A stretch of DNA of 64,000 nucleotides from Hemiscyllium ocellatum. Lineage: Eukaryota. Below are positions 38,115 to 52,039 of the stretch, one piece after another. The notes below the pieces were generated by a model. It made no database searches, had not been told where the DNA came from, and saw only the letters and a program-made list of their open reading frames with translations. The translations under genes and the position numbers were made by a program. Location of the stretch: positions 34,533,231-34,597,230 of the forward strand of contig NC_083435.1 in assembly GCF_020745735.1 (NCBI RefSeq). Direction: 5' to 3'. Every line of letters starts with the position of its first letter. Position 1 is the stretch's first letter.

Positions 38115-39295
38115 TCATAGAGTCACAGATGTACAATATGGAAACATGCCCTTTGGTCCAATTCGTCCATGCCGACCAGATATCCCAACCGAATCTAATC
38201 CCATTTGCCTGCACCTGGCCCATATCCCTCCAAACCCTTCCTATTAATATACCCAATCAGATGCCTTTTAAATGTTGCAGTTGTACTAACATCCATCATT
38301 TCCTCTGACAGCTCATTCCATTAACACACCAAACTGCATGAAAAGGTTGCCCAGCAGTTCTCCTTTATATCTTTCCCCTCTCACAATAAACCTGTGCCTC
38401 TAGTTCTAGACTCCCCCCACACTAGGTAAGACTTTGTCTATATATTCCATCAACGCTCTTCATGATTTTATAAACCTCTAAGTTCACTGCTCACCATCCA
38501 GTCCTCTAGCTAAACAGCTGCAGCCAATTCAAACTCTCCCTAAAGCTCAAATCCTCCAACCCTACCAACATCCTTGTAAATGTTTTCAAGTTTCACAACA
38601 TTCTTCCGATAGTAAGGAGATCAGAACTGCACACAATATTCGAAAAGTGGCCGAAGCAATGTCCTGCACAGCTGCAACATGACCTCCCAACTGCTATACT
38701 CAATGCACTCTCCAATAAAGGGAAGCATACCAAACGCCTCTTTCACTATCCTATCCAGCTGGGACTCTACTTTCAAGGAGCTATAAGCCTGCACTCCAAG
38801 GTCTCGTTGTTCAGCAAAACTCCCTAGGACTTTACCATTAAGTGTATAGATCCTGCTAAGAAATGCTTTCCCCAAATGCAGCACATCAAGTTGATCTAAA
38901 TTAAATTTCATCTGCCACTCCTCAGCCCATTGGCCGATCTGATCAAGATCCCTTTGTAGTCTGAGGTAACCTTCTTCACTATCCAATGCACCTCTAAGTT
39001 TGGTGTCAGCTGCAAACTTACCAAGTTTACCTCCTATGTTAACATTCAAATCATTTACTTAAATGACGAAAAGTAGTGGACCCAACACCTACCCGTTTGG
39101 CACTGCACTGGTATCAGGACTCCAATCTGAAAAACAAACCTCCACCACAACCATCTGTCTTCAACCATTGAGCCAGTTCTGTATCCAAATGGCTAGCTCT
39201 TCGGGTGTTCCATGCTAACCAGTCTCCCTTGTGGCATCTTCGCAAACGGCTTACTGAAGTCCAAATAGATCACATCCCCCTCTCCGCCCTAATCA
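38115..39295 (-). mobile_element. CR1 RT through 3' end
   Basis: ORF 38621-39049(-): KFAADTKL...LCRTLLRPLFEYCVQF. Confidence 0.9.
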
Positions 39296-41764
39296 ATCCT
39301 TCTTGGAAACACATTCAAGCATGATTCAAAGCCCCTTCACAGTCCACACTCAGAGGCAGAGTCCTCAGGCGGAGGCATGGTCGGTCCAGACAAAGAACAC
39401 AGACCACACACCGAGGCACGGTCCGCACACTAAGAGTCAGTCTACCGCAAGGATTAGGTCGACTGGAAAGGCATGGTGCACTTCCGAAGCCGTGGCATAT
39501 ACCTGGAATCTCAACCCACATACAGTACAATGATTCACTCCAGGATCCACACACCAAAACAGCAGCACAAAGGTGTGTTTCTGTGACCAAGCCATTCTTC
39601 AATTCACCTATTCACACAGTCCACTGGCTGTGGCCAGCGAGTTCTGAGACAGACCCTGAAGTCTGGTGATTCTCTGAATCTCCAGGTTATATATATATTT
39701 GCAAAATCATACTTCTTTTCACAAAATTCGAGGAATTACTATTTTCATGTCAAGCTGCATTCCGAGTTGAATGGAATTTGCTTTGATTTCCTGGATAAGA
39801 AATACAGCCCAGGGACTGCACAAAAGCTTCTTATCTGCACACAAATGCCCAGGCATATAGACAAAGACTCCGTATGCGGCCTACAGACTACAATAGCAGC
39901 ACAGAGGCAGTCCCATCGGAAAGTAATTTTTATTTACTTGTATACAGTACACTAGCTGTGGCCAGCAAACTCGGCGTGAGTCCGTGAAGTGAGCAGATTT
40001 TCTGAATCCTGTAGTTATCGATAAAAATCTCAGATTGTTTCTCCATAACACTGGACTCCTTCGGCTATAAATTGTGAGAGCATGATCGTAATATCCACAA
40101 CCACCTGATGAAGCAGCAGCGCCCTGAAAGTTAGTGCTTCCAAATAAACCTGTTGGAATATAACCTGGTGTTGTTTGATGTTTAACTTTGGCCACATCAA
40201 TCCAACATCAGCATCTCCAAGCCCTCGTCGCCATGCAGCGAATCGGCCTACTCAATGGCATCGGGAGCACCATGGAGGTTCGGTTCGCTCCATGCATAGG
40301 AGTTGAGGCAGGGCAGGTAAGAAGTTCATTCCAAACAGCTGACCGTGGTACAAAGAATAAGTCCCATCGCTAAATTGACTCTTTCATTCCCACATCTTCG
40401 CCAAAATAACAGTGCCGCTGAAACCCAGCTTCGTTCAATCGTTCATATAAGAAATCGACCCCCACCCCCGACCTCGCCCTAACCCCCAAACCACTTGCTG
40501 TGGTTAGCTAACTCAAGGGTTAGTTGCTCACAAAGAAAAGAACCTAATAAAAATTACTCCCCAGCGTCACTGGTAAGAACCAGCCACTCAGTCAGTTCCT
40601 GAAGTGAGATTCTCTGGATCTCCTGGGTATTTTTTTTTGTTTTATTAAGCTGTACAAAATGCAAACAGCCAACAATGACCAATAAACAGCAGTTTACAAT
40701 ACACAGCAATTTACAGGGAAAAGGCACAGCCAACCAAACCCCAAACCCCACCGTACAACCAATTCTCAGGGAAATGCAGACGAACCTCAAATCTCAAATT
40801 AACTCACTGAAAAGGAACAGCAGTCACAAACACACATAAAACAGTCTGATAAACAAAACAATGAAACAGTGCATATTACACAGACACTCCTGGTAAACAA
40901 GCAACCAGCCCGCATCTCCCATCTTCTGGCCACTCAAACACAGCCCACCTCATGCTCATTCCGGCTCTCAGCCCACCCATACTCCCCTTCCGGCTCTCGG
41001 TCTGCAGCCCTGACACACCATCCAGCCATCTCTAGGGTAGCCCGTCCCGTTCCCTCCTTAATATGAGGTCACTCATGACAGCCCTCCCACCTTCTGGCTC
41101 TCGGGGTGTCGGGCTTCAGAATGGCCAACCAACCTTCCAGTTTTTGGGACGGCCTACTTACCGTCAGGTTCTCGGAATTATAGCTTTCTGGCCAACCTTT
41201 GAGCTTCCCGGCTGACAGCAAGGCCTGCCAGATCCAGGGTCGCACAAGGCAGTGCAAGTGATAAACCCAATCATCAAAATAGCAGAATGCATTCCAGTAT
41301 TAATCGAATGTTCTCCTCATATCATATACAGTTGTTCAGTCTCTACAGAGGTTTGGTCCGCCCACAGATGTTCAGGCCCACTCTCTGAGATAGACTTCAT
41401 TTGTAAAATTGCAGTTGACTCACAGGGCCTGAGTCGAAATATTAAAAATTGAAAACACGTGCAAAAAATGAAGTTCAGACATTAAAAACTATAGTGCAAG
41501 AGCTGAGCCCTGCTGCAAAATAAGCATTGTCATTGCCTAGAAAAAAAGAGTAGCACACAGCCTGCAATGAGCCAGTGAAACAACTGTTCTCTGGAGAAAG
41601 CTGAAATACAGCAATTACACACTGATTGTGTGTTCAGTCAGCTCACAAATCAGTCCTCTTCAAGGAATAGCAATTAAAAAAAAGACTGGCTGTGTAGATC
41701 AGCCAGTTCAAGAATCAGGACACAAAAAAAGAGAATAAGATTACCGAGCTTTGAGAAGATTTGT

Positions 41765-41860
41765 GGTTCAGGTTGTGGTTTGGATGTAAGTTTGCTCGTT
41801 GAGCTGGAAGGATCATTTTCAGATGTTTCGTAATCCTACTCGGTAGCATCTTCATTGGAC
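41765..41860 (-). mobile_element. Penelope family B pLTR, distal half (split by family A insertion)
   Basis: Minus strand reads gtccaatgaagatgctaccgagtaggattacgaaacatctgaaa...agctcaacgagc, continuing 43282-43700. Confidence 0.75.
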
Positions 41861-43272
41861 AAAGTTTGTGAGAAGATTTGTAGCTCGGGTGCTCGTTGTT
41901 GTGGTTCTGTTCGCCGAGCTGGGAGTTTTTGTTGCAAACGTTTCGTCCCCTTTCTAGGTGACATCTTCAGTGCTTGGGAGCCTCCTGTGAAGCGCTTCCG
42001 TGCTGATTCCTCCGGCATTTATAGTGGTTTGAATCTGCCGCTTCCAGTTGTCAGTTGCTGTCCGCTGCAGTGGCCGGTATATAGGGTCTAGGTCGATGTA
42101 TCTGTTAATAGAATTTGTGGTTGAGTGCCATGCCTCTAGGAATTCCTGGTTGTTCTCTGTTTGGCCTGCCCTATAATAGTGGTGTTGTCCCAATCGAATT
42201 CATGTTGTTTGTCATCTGAGTGTATGGCTACTAGGGATACTTGATCGTGTCGTTTCGTGGCTAGTTCGTATTCATGGATGCGGATTGTTAGCTGTCTTCC
42301 TGATTGTCCTATGTAGTGTTTTGTGCAGTCCTTGCATGGGATTTTGTACACTACGTTGGTTTTGCTCATGCTGGGTATCGGGTCCTTTGTCCTGATGAGT
42401 TGTTGTCTGAGAGTGTCTGTTGGTATGTGTGCTGTTATGAGTCCTAGTAGTCGCAGCAGTCTGGCTGTCAGTTCAGAAATGTTCCTGATGTATGGGAGTG
42501 TGGCCAGTCCTTTGGGTTGTGGCATGTCCTCATATCGTTGTCTTTCCCTTAGGCATCTGTTGATGAAATTGCGCGGGTATCCGTTTTTGATGAATACCTT
42601 ATATAGGTGTTCTTCTTCCTCTTTTTGTAGTTCCGGTGTGCTGCAATGTGTTGTGGCCCTTTTGAATAATGTCCTGATGCAACTTCGTTTGTGTGTGTTG
42701 GGATGGTTGCTTTCATAGTTCAGGACTTGGTCTGTGCGTGTGGCTTTTCTGTATATCTTCGTGGTGAATTCTCCGTTCGGTGATCTTTGTGCCATCACGT
42801 CTAGGAATGGGAGCTGGTTTTCCTTTTCTTCCTCTCTCTCGTGAATTGGATTCCTGTGAGTGTGGCGTTGATGATCCGTTGTGTGTTCTCTGTTTCTGTG
42901 TTTTTAATGATTATAAAGGTGTCATTCGCGTATCTGATCCAGAGTTTGGGTTGTAATTGCGTTAAAACTGTTTTTTTTTCTCGAACCTTTGCATTACTGC
43001 TTCTGCTATGAGTCCGGAGATGGGTGAGCCCATGGGTGTTCCGTTGATTTGTTCATATATCCGGTTGATGAATGTGAAGTGTGTTGTGAGGCACAGGTCC
43101 AGTAGTTTAAGTATGCCGTCTTTATTAATAGGTTCAGCGTCCTGTTGTCTGTTATGTATGTCCAGCAGGTTGGATATTGTTTCTCTGGCTCGGGTTTTGT
43201 CAATAGAAGTGAACAGTGCCGTTACATCGAATGAGACCATGGTTTCTTCCTTGTCTATGTGTATATCTCTGA
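41861..43272 (-). mobile_element. Penelope-like element family A (RT + GIY-YIG endonuclease), 5'-truncated
   Basis: RT: MVSFDVTALFTS, GTPMGSPISG, WIRYAND (YVDD decayed), LPFLD. GIY-YIG: VVYKIPCKDCTKHYIGQSGR. ORF 42136-42798(-), 220 aa. pLTR at the 3' end. Confidence 0.93.
41933..41974 (-). ncRNA. Minimal type I hammerhead ribozyme motif in Penelope pLTR
   Basis: AGCA-CTGAAGA-T-GTCACC-TAGAAA-GGGGAC-GAAAC-GTT-TGC: conserved core, stem II, and palindromic AACGTT stem III. Confidence 0.7.
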
Positions 43273-43281
43273 TCATTGGAC

Positions 43282-43700
43282 CTCATGCAAAGCAATGCTG
43301 AAAATTCCTACTTTCTATTTATATGTAGGGTTGGTGATGTCACGACCTGTGGTGATGTTAATTCATGTGATGAAGTTACTTCTGGTTCCTTTTTTCAGGG
43401 GGTGGTAGATGGGGTCCAGCTTGATGTGTTTGTTGATAGATGTCCGATTGGAACACCATGCTTCTCGGAAGTCTTGTGCGTGTGTTTGTTTGGCTTGTCC
43501 TAGGATGGATGTGTTGTCCTAGATGAAGTGGTGTCCTTCCACATCCGTATGTGAGGAAACTAGTGAGAGAAGGTAGTGTCTTTTTGTGGCTAGTTGGTGT
43601 TCATGTATCCTGGTGGATAGTTTTCTGCCTGTTTATCCAATGTAGTATTTCTTACAGTCCTTGCACGGCATTTCGTCAATTACATTAGTTTTGCTTGTTT
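43282..43700 (-). mobile_element. Penelope family B GIY-YIG end plus proximal pLTR
   Basis: Minus strand reads aaaactaatgtaatt...ccgtgcaaggactgtaagaaatactacattgga (NV-PCKDC-YYIG). Similar to 22200-22645. Confidence 0.8.
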
Positions 43701-44124
43701 GTTTTCTATTGGACCCTTGAATCACAAGTGAAGACAATGGAATGGCTGTGTATATGGTCTGGTCAACTCTGATGTGGATTCATGAGATGGAAATTGATAA
43801 ATGGACTGTAGAATAAGATTGATAGCATGTGAGAAATGCCTTCACATAAAATGAATAAACAGCCTAAGTTCTGCAAAGTCTGAAAGTCGTTCAGATTCTG
43901 TGAGAAGAATTGGATAAATCATTATGGTTGTCAGAAATCCTTCTGACTTCAGAAAATCTGGTTAAGGTTTGAAAAGGTTGGAATGGATACCAAAATTAGG
44001 TGAATGGAATGCAGTATTCAAGGTCCAATTATGAAGCCTCTAATTATTTCTTCATGCCATAAAAATACACAATACTCTACAATGTCCATATGTTTAAAAC
44101 CATTCTAGTAATTCTGAGACAGAG

Positions 44125-46820
44125 AAACGTAGGAACAGGAATGAGCCCCTCAAACATATTTCACCATTCAGTGAGATCACTGCTGATCCATGGCCTAACT
44201 CCATATGCTGCCTCTGGCCAATTCCATATCAGTTCTGTTTAACAATAACTTACTTATGTCAATTGTAAAATTAACAACTGACCCAGCATCCACTGCTGTT
44301 TGTGGGAGAGAGTTCCGAACATCTACCACCCTTTGAGTGTAGAAGTGCTTCTGAATATCTCTTGTAAACCTCTTGACATCACAGGCTGTAATCCTAATTC
44401 TGGAATCTGGAATCCCCAACCTGTGGATATAGTTTATGTTTATCAATCCAGTTTTTGCCTGTCAATAGCTTGATGGAATCACCTCTTAACCTGCAAAATT
44501 CTACAAAGAAAACAAGACTAATTTCTACAATCTGACCTCATAACTCCTGAAGTACAGGTATCATTCTTGTCAGCCTCTGTTATACTCAGTCCAAGATCAA
44601 TACTTTGTTTCTAATGTGTGGTCTGCTCACAGTACTCCAAATGGATTCTAGTTATGGGTTTACACCCCTGTAGAAAATTGCAGCGTAACGTCTGCACTCA
44701 TAACTTCTGCAACTTGTATTCCATTCTCGAGATATCAAGGCTAGATTTCTTGATTGTTTTGTGCACCTGTTTGCAACGTTACAAAATCTATGCACCTGAA
44801 ACCCAAATTTGTGGGCATTCACAGTATTCATTGTCATGTAATCAAGAAATGATCTACCTTTTTTTGTTTCAAAACTGATTGTTTCACACTTACTTAAATT
44901 GAACTCCAACTGCCACAGTTTTGCCCATTCCCTTGTTCTATCAATGTCAATTGCAATTTTATGCCACCATCTGCACTGTTTATAACGTCGTCTAATTTTG
45001 TGTCGTCAGCACATTTGGATATATGACTATGTATGCCATTATCCCAGTAGTTAATAAATAAGGTGAATAATTGAGGATCTAACTCAGATCTATGTGGGAC
45101 AACTGGTCCGATCCTGCCAATTTGAATACCGACCCATGATCTCTACTTTGTCGCCTGCCTCTCAAGCAAATTCCCAGCCCTATCATTAATGTGCCTCAAT
45201 TATGTCGGCTTTGACATTAGTTAACACTCTATTATGTGGGATTATATCAAGTACTTTCTCGAAGTCGATATGAACAACATCCACAGACATGTGTCAACAT
45301 TCCACAAAATCCAATGAGGTTTGTCAGGCATGAACTACCTGTCACTAAATCTATGCTGGCACTTCCTGATTAACTGAAAAAATTCAAAGTGTTCAGTTCA
45401 CCAATCCTTGATTACAGACTCCAACAATTTCTCCATCACACATATTAGACTAACTGGTGAAACATTTCCTAGCTTTTTCCCTTGACCCTTCTTAAAAGGT
45501 GGATTGACGTGTACAACATTCCATCTAGAGGGTTGACTTCTGTGTCTAGCGAACTCTGCAAGCTCCTTTACTTCCTTTAGCATCCTGAGATGGAAACCGT
45601 CCGGTCCTGCAATTTGTTACTCTTTAATTCCATTAATTTCTTCATTTCAGTCAGTTAATTTATTCAGTCTCTGTTCCCAATCCATTATTTACTTCCTCAT
45701 GACTTCTGACAAGCTTTTCTCCTTTACTGCTGTAAATGTTTTATTTTCTTCTACTGAGACAAAGTAATTATTGAATATGTCTGCCATCTCTTGATAGTCA
45801 TTGACATTAAATCAGTTTCAGTCATTAATAGGCCAACATTCCTCCTGACCATTTCCTTCATGTAGTTACAACACTTGATGATTTTAATGTTCCTGGCAAG
45901 TTTCCTTTGTTGATCCTTTATGATAACTCCTATAAGCTGCTTTGTGGCCCTTCAGTTGTCTTTATACGTTTGCCATTCTGGAGAATTTATGCTATTATTT
46001 TGCATTTTTGTAAGCCCTTTATTTATCTTTACTGTTATCTTTTCAGATGTCCTGAATGTTGTTTTCTGTTAAATGGAACATTTCCGTCTCAGAGTTATAA
46101 ACTAATTTTGTATTATTTTGAATGTTTTTTCTTAAACATTCTAGACTGTGTTCCAGTTGTTTGACCAATGAGCAGATGACCCCCAATTTACTGTGGATAG
46201 GCTCTGATTGATTTTGTTAAAGTTGGCTTTATCCAAATCTAAAACTCTAGTTTACGGTTTTCACTTTCAGACTTGCACATGTTCGCTTGGGTCCAAGCAC
46301 CAATCAGTGCCATACCCATTGGTCACTGGCTGCCACTCATAAAATTTTCCATTTATTTCTACTCTTGCTTCGTGACTATAGCCAGTTCTCCATCCATGTC
46401 AATTCACTACCACCAATCTCATATACTTTAATTTTGCATGCTAATCTCTCATATGGGACGTTATTGAAAGCCTTCTCGTAGTCCAGGTAAACCACATCTC
46501 CTGATTCCTCCAAAAGACTACACTCGTCACATCCTTTAAAAATTTCAGGAAATTTGTCGACAAACCTGCCCTCTCAGAACAGGTTTCTCTCTGTCTGCCT
46601 TTTAAATAATGGGTTTACATTAGCTATCGACTAATCAATAACAACAGTTCTATAGTCGAAAGAATCTAGAAAGACAGCAACCAATGCATTCATTCTTTCT
46701 CGGGGAATTTATTTCAATACCTTAGGATGTAGATTGTTGCGCTCTAGGGACCTGTCGGCCTTTAAACCCTTCTACATCCCTGACAACTTTTTCCCTGATG
46801 ATACTGATTTCCTACTGTTC
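44125..46820 (-). mobile_element. CR1 LINE fragments (one or two copies)
   Basis: 3' end at ~44125. FYTQRVVDVRNSLP and WNVVHVNPPFKKG...SPVSLICVMEKLLES. A second RT-start fragment at ~46280-46800. Confidence 0.8.
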
Positions 46821-46899
46821 CTATCTGTCATATGCTCATCAACACGTTGGAATATTGTTTGTGTCCTCTATGGGATCTACATTTGTCTTCATTCGTTCT

Positions 46900-47500
46900 T
46901 TCTTTTCATATTGTGGTGATGCGATGGGTTTAAGAGGTAATTCTGTGCTTCTCTTTTTAAAGAGCTGGAACAGAGCTGTCCAGTTTGAACAAAAGTTAAG
47001 TAAAGAACTTCTGAGGCCTCGGTGTTTTCTTTTTACAGTTGGAACAATAGAAGCAACATGGTTGGGTGGGGTCAAGATTTCGAGTTTTTTTTTAGTTTTT
47101 AGCTTTAACTTAAAGCAGTTGCTATTTGAGTCTCAACGAGGCAGAGTTTTGAAAGAATTAGAAGTTATCTTTTCTCTCTCTTAGTAACAGCTAGAGTATG
47201 GGGTTTCTCTCTGTTTCTGAGATAGCTGTGAGATGAACCTTTTTCTGAATTTGTCATTTTGCCAAGAGGTATGTTTATGAGATGTTACTCTCCAGGAACT
47301 GTACCTTAGCAGTAGTTGCAATATCTATTATTTTATTACTTTTTTTCCCAATAGAGCTAAGTTATTCTAAGTCTTTATTTCTTTTGTTGTATTTTGTGCT
47401 TTGAATAAGTTGTGTTTTACATAATGTAGAGTAATTTGACCAATTGAATTAGCATGTTACATTTGTCTTTAAAATTAGAATTGTTTGCCACTGTCTATCG
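46900..47500 (+). mobile_element. Possible solo LTR
   Basis: T/CT-rich, LTR-like composition with aataag near the end. No internal domain or partner LTR to confirm. Confidence 0.3.
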
Positions 47501-47504
47501 CTGT

Positions 47505-47770
47505 TATTAGATTAGATTACTTACTGTATGGAAACAGGCCCTTCGGCCCAACAAGTCCACACTGACCCGCCGACGGACAACCCACCCATACTCTACATGT
47601 AACCCTTCAACTAACATTACGGGCAATTTAGCATGGCCAATTCAACTGGCTTGCACATCTTTAGACTGTGGGAGGAAACCGGAGCACTCGGAGGAAAACC
47701 ACGCAGACACGGGGAGAATGTGCAAATTCCACACGGTCAGTCACCTAATGGGGGAATTGAACCCGGGTCA
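47505..47770 (-). mobile_element. HE1-type SINE, 5'-truncated
   Basis: Same body and tail as 15238-15541. Confidence 0.88.
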
Positions 47771-48399
47771 ATAATTTATCATAGCCAGCTTGCTCGTTAT
47801 AGCATTATAGAATCCTTCGTATAGATGTAGGACCCTCATCTCAGATTTAACTATGTCACTCTCCACATTGATAAAGAGTTTTATCATACTAAGGTCACTC
47901 TTCCTGAACAGCCCATACTCAGCTGGATTGCCAATCATCTTAGAATTCTATCTGAGGGATTATTTCACGTTTAGTCACATATAGAGTACCTCAACATTGT
48001 CTCGAGCTTCTTATACTGAAGAAACACCTTCACGCAGCTGAAAACCTTCACTTTAATTCAGCAACAGCTAAAGTAATGAAAATAAAAGAAACGCTGCAAT
48101 TGCTTCAGAGATGGAGATAGAAAACATTTGCTTTTCCATCAACAAATGTACAGTCAGTAAATGAACAGTGTGGCACTATTCGACTGGATTTAAGTATCAT
48201 TCATGTCATCTTGGCATTGTTATATCTGTCATACAGAATGCGATGTTCCTCCTGCTCAACACTTTCATCTTTCTTCTGTGAAGGTTGCTACTGCTCTCCA
48301 ACGCTTCAATGTCCATCACATCCCCTCTTTGACTGTTCCAGTTGAGAAGAGAAGATTATGTCTTTTTTTGTTTTATTTATTCAATGCCTGTCCAAAATG

Positions 48400-49780
48400 T
48401 ATTGTTCCTCTCTAGTACCCTTGAGAAGGTTATGGTGCCCTGCCTTCTTGAACTGCTGCAGGCTATGTGCAGTTGGTTGACCCTCAATGTCCTTACTGAG
48501 AGAATTCTAGGATTTTGTCCCAGTGACACTAAAGGAACAGCGATATATTTTCAAGTTAGGATGGCGGGTGGTTCTGAAGGGAACTTGCAGGTGGTGGTGT
48601 TCACAAGTACTTGCTGTCCTTGCCCTTCTAGATGGAAGTGATTGTGTGTTTGGAAGGTGCTGTCTGAGGATCTTTAGTAAATTTCTGCAGTACGTCTTGT
48701 AGATGGTACACACTGTTGCGACTGAGCAACAGAGGTGAAGGGTTTGGATGTCTGTGGATATAGTGGCAATGAAGCAGGCTGCTTTTTCCTGAATGTGTCA
48801 GGTTTCTTGAGTGTTGTTGGAGATGTACTTATCCAGGCAAACGGAGAGTATTCCATCACACTCCTGACTTGTGCATTTTCGATGGTGGACAGGTGTTTAG
48901 CGTTTCAGGAGGTGGGTTACTCACTGCAGCATTCAGAGCCGCTGTAGCCAATGTGTTTATGTGGTGAGTTCAGTTGAGTTTCTAGTCTATGGTAACTCCC
49001 AGGATATTGACAGTGGGGAATTCAGTGATGGTAGCACAATCAAGGGTCAGTGATTAGATTGTCTGTTGTTAGTGAGGATCATAGCCTGGCATTTGTGTGG
49101 CTTGAATGTTACTTGCCACATGTCATCCCAAGCTAGTCAGAGTTGCGAACATTTAATAATCATCAGTAAACATCCCCACCTCTGACCATGTGATGGAAAG
49201 TCATTGATGAAGCAGCTGAAGATGGTTGGGCCTATGATGAACTCCCAAGGAACTCCTGCTGTGATGCCCTCCAGCTGACATAAGTCACTTCCACTTTCTG
49301 TTTATTCTGCTTGGCAGCAAGTAGTCCTGTTTGGAAGCTTCACCAGGTTGACCCCTCACAATTAGATATGCGTGGTGCTGTTCCTGGCATGCCCATCTTC
49401 ACTCCCCATTGAACCAGGTTGATCCCCTGATTTGATTGTAATCATTGACTGGAGGATATGCTTCGCCATCAAATTACAGGTTGTGTTGGACTGAGATCTG
49501 CTCTGATGATGCACCACTACACTTCATGGATGCCCAGTTTTGAGTTGCTAGATCTGTTTAAAGTCTGCCCCATTTATCACAGTGATAGTGCCACAAACAC
49601 AATGAAGATAATAATCATGAAGTCAACATAAAGACAGACCTTTGTCTTCACAAAGGCTGTGCGATGGTCACGCTTATAGATACTGTCATGGACAGATGTA
49701 TCTGCAACTGGCGGATTGGAAAGGATAACGTTAAGTATGTTTTTCCCTCTTGTTGGTCCCCCGCACCCCGCGCCCACATG
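48400..49780 (-). mobile_element. Jockey/L2-group LINE fragment
   Basis: VMEYSPFAWISTSPTTLKKPDT... CTIYKTYC C-terminal RT-adjacent motifs; endonuclease-side sequence near 49500-49750. Confidence 0.7.
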
Positions 49781-51545
49781 TCAGCATTTCACAGCGTAAT
49801 AACCGTGCTTTGATGCCAAGTCCAATGTTAATTTCAGGATCACTTCACAGTTAATGTTGTTACATTTTGGTTATACAAATATTTCCAGAAGTAGCATCAT
49901 GACCAAAGGGGGAATAATGTAATTATGCGCCAACAAAGCACCGAGGGAAGACTTTCTGCCACTACGCACACTCCGATTTTATCTATACCATCTGAACTTC
50001 ACTGAATTTAACTAAGATCAGGCAATGTTAGATATTAATGCAAATAGACAGAAAATTACCAGATGATAGTTGTGTCTGAGATGATTTCCAAAATGAAGTA
50101 CGGAAGTACGGTGATAGTTCAACTGAGCTACGAATTTGCCTCCACCAAATGCATGCAATCATATTGATTTCATAGGTATAAATTGCATTCGAGATTTTGG
50201 AGTTATTGCAGTTTTTGTGGCCCAACAAATATTACTCATTTCTGTTCAACTCCTGCCAATCGACTCGCTGTACACGGAAGATGGATTCATGAAGCAACTG
50301 AACAGGTTTTTTTCTCCATCTCGTCTGCTCAAAATTGATAATCAATTTGTAAATCGCTCAAGACTTCTATGATGGGGTGGGGATTCAGGGAAAAACACTT
50401 AGTGATGAGTGAAATCCCACTTGCTATTCGAGTTTCAGGTTGGCAACTGATCTCGGCTTGCCAGTTGTGTATTAAATTCCTTCAGTAAATTACAGACATC
50501 AGCATCATTATATAGTGTCTTGTGTCTGGGTGTTTCCAGAAATCTGGAATAGCAATCGAATTGACTATCCTCCCAAAGTTGTCAGCGGTACAGTTGAACA
50601 GGTGGAATAACCAAGGATAAAAGATCAGAAATGAGCACACCGATGGTTAAAATTCTGGTAGGATGTAGACTCAGAATGTAAAATGAATAGAGTGCTTACA
50701 GGTGAACAACATATTCCTTCCTCTCTACACGATCCATGCCACTCAATTATATACATCATAATGATTTCCACTTCAGTCTGCATTGGTCCCAAGAATAGAT
50801 CCCCGTCTATACAAGCTCTCTTCATTAATATAACCCAGGCAATGTGCAGGTAAATCTCCTCCGCACAGTGTCTAATGAAATGAACACCACCACCCCTCCC
50901 CCCGCCAGACCCACCCCCATCCCCCCCCTACCCCCCACCACCAGATTCCCTCCTGGAAATGTCAATTCTGTAACTGCACACCATATTCTGGCTCGGATCT
51001 AGTCGACATTTTATGCAATGACAGCTGTAAAGCTCTGTGCCTGAGTTGACAAAGGAATATGAGCAACAAACGGTTCTCAGCCTCTTCATGCGACGGCCCC
51101 ACGAATTTGTGGAATAAGTGGACATATATGCCAATATTCCTCTTATCCTGGTTGTCTCTCAGCGAGCTGCTGTTCCTCATGTGTTCTGTTCCTTTTATTT
51201 GTCCTGCCAAAGTATAAGTTAAACAGTAGGTGCCGAACACTGATCACTGCTGAATCCCAAAAGGCGTCCAACATTACCCCCTGTACTCTGCAAATTCTGG
51301 ATTATTTAGGGTAATTACCTTTGATATCATGGAAGTGATCACTATCAGACTCCAATGCGGAATTGTTATCAAACGTTTTGCTGAAGTCCAGTTAGATTGC
51401 ATCAAATTAACATCCAATCAGAAATGCAAACAATCCTTCTTGGTCTATGACAAATATTTGAAGAATGGCTTCTATCCCACTGTTATAAGAGTTCTGATTG
51501 GACCTCTCAAAATTTAATTTTAATGTCGATCTCACTCTTTTTGTA
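49780..51545 (+). repeat. Segmental duplicate A of 58065-59815
   Basis: Colinear similarity from gtcagcatttcacag to tgttataagagttctga...; includes an old CR1 (-) at ~50500-51500. Confidence 0.9.
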
Positions 51546-52039
51546 TCCTCTCTGCAGCCGTAACAATTTATTCTCTGCACTCTTCCATTTTCAATTGCAA
51601 CTTTTCTAGCCTGAACTAATGCCTTGCATGCAAAATGAAACTTTTTCATTGTAATTTGATACACGTGGCACAAATCAAATCAAATCAACCATTTATACTT
51701 TATGGGAGTGCGGCTGCAGCGTCAAAATGACGAAACGGGCATTTACACCAAGTAAAAGGGTTAGTTTCTTCAGGTAAGATAATGCTTCTTTGAAATTCAC
51801 CGCCTATGGAATCAATGGATCATGTTTTGTTGAGATCATCGAAGACCTATACGTGCAAATATCGAGAGAATGGATATGAAGAGATATTTGAATAGAGCAA
51901 GAATGTGGAGTTCGCCCATCAGATCTGTCATGACCTTATTGATTGGCAAAAGAAACACTGTGTGCAATTTCTGTGCTTCTTACAATCGTTGTTGTGTTAA
52001 CTATGGTGAAAGCCATTTCAAATTTAACTTTCTTCAGGT

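Noticed and set aside
19550-41700. MHC class II alpha partner gene
   Set aside because: I found no alpha1 or alpha2 motifs on either strand by eye; a translated search should confirm the absence.
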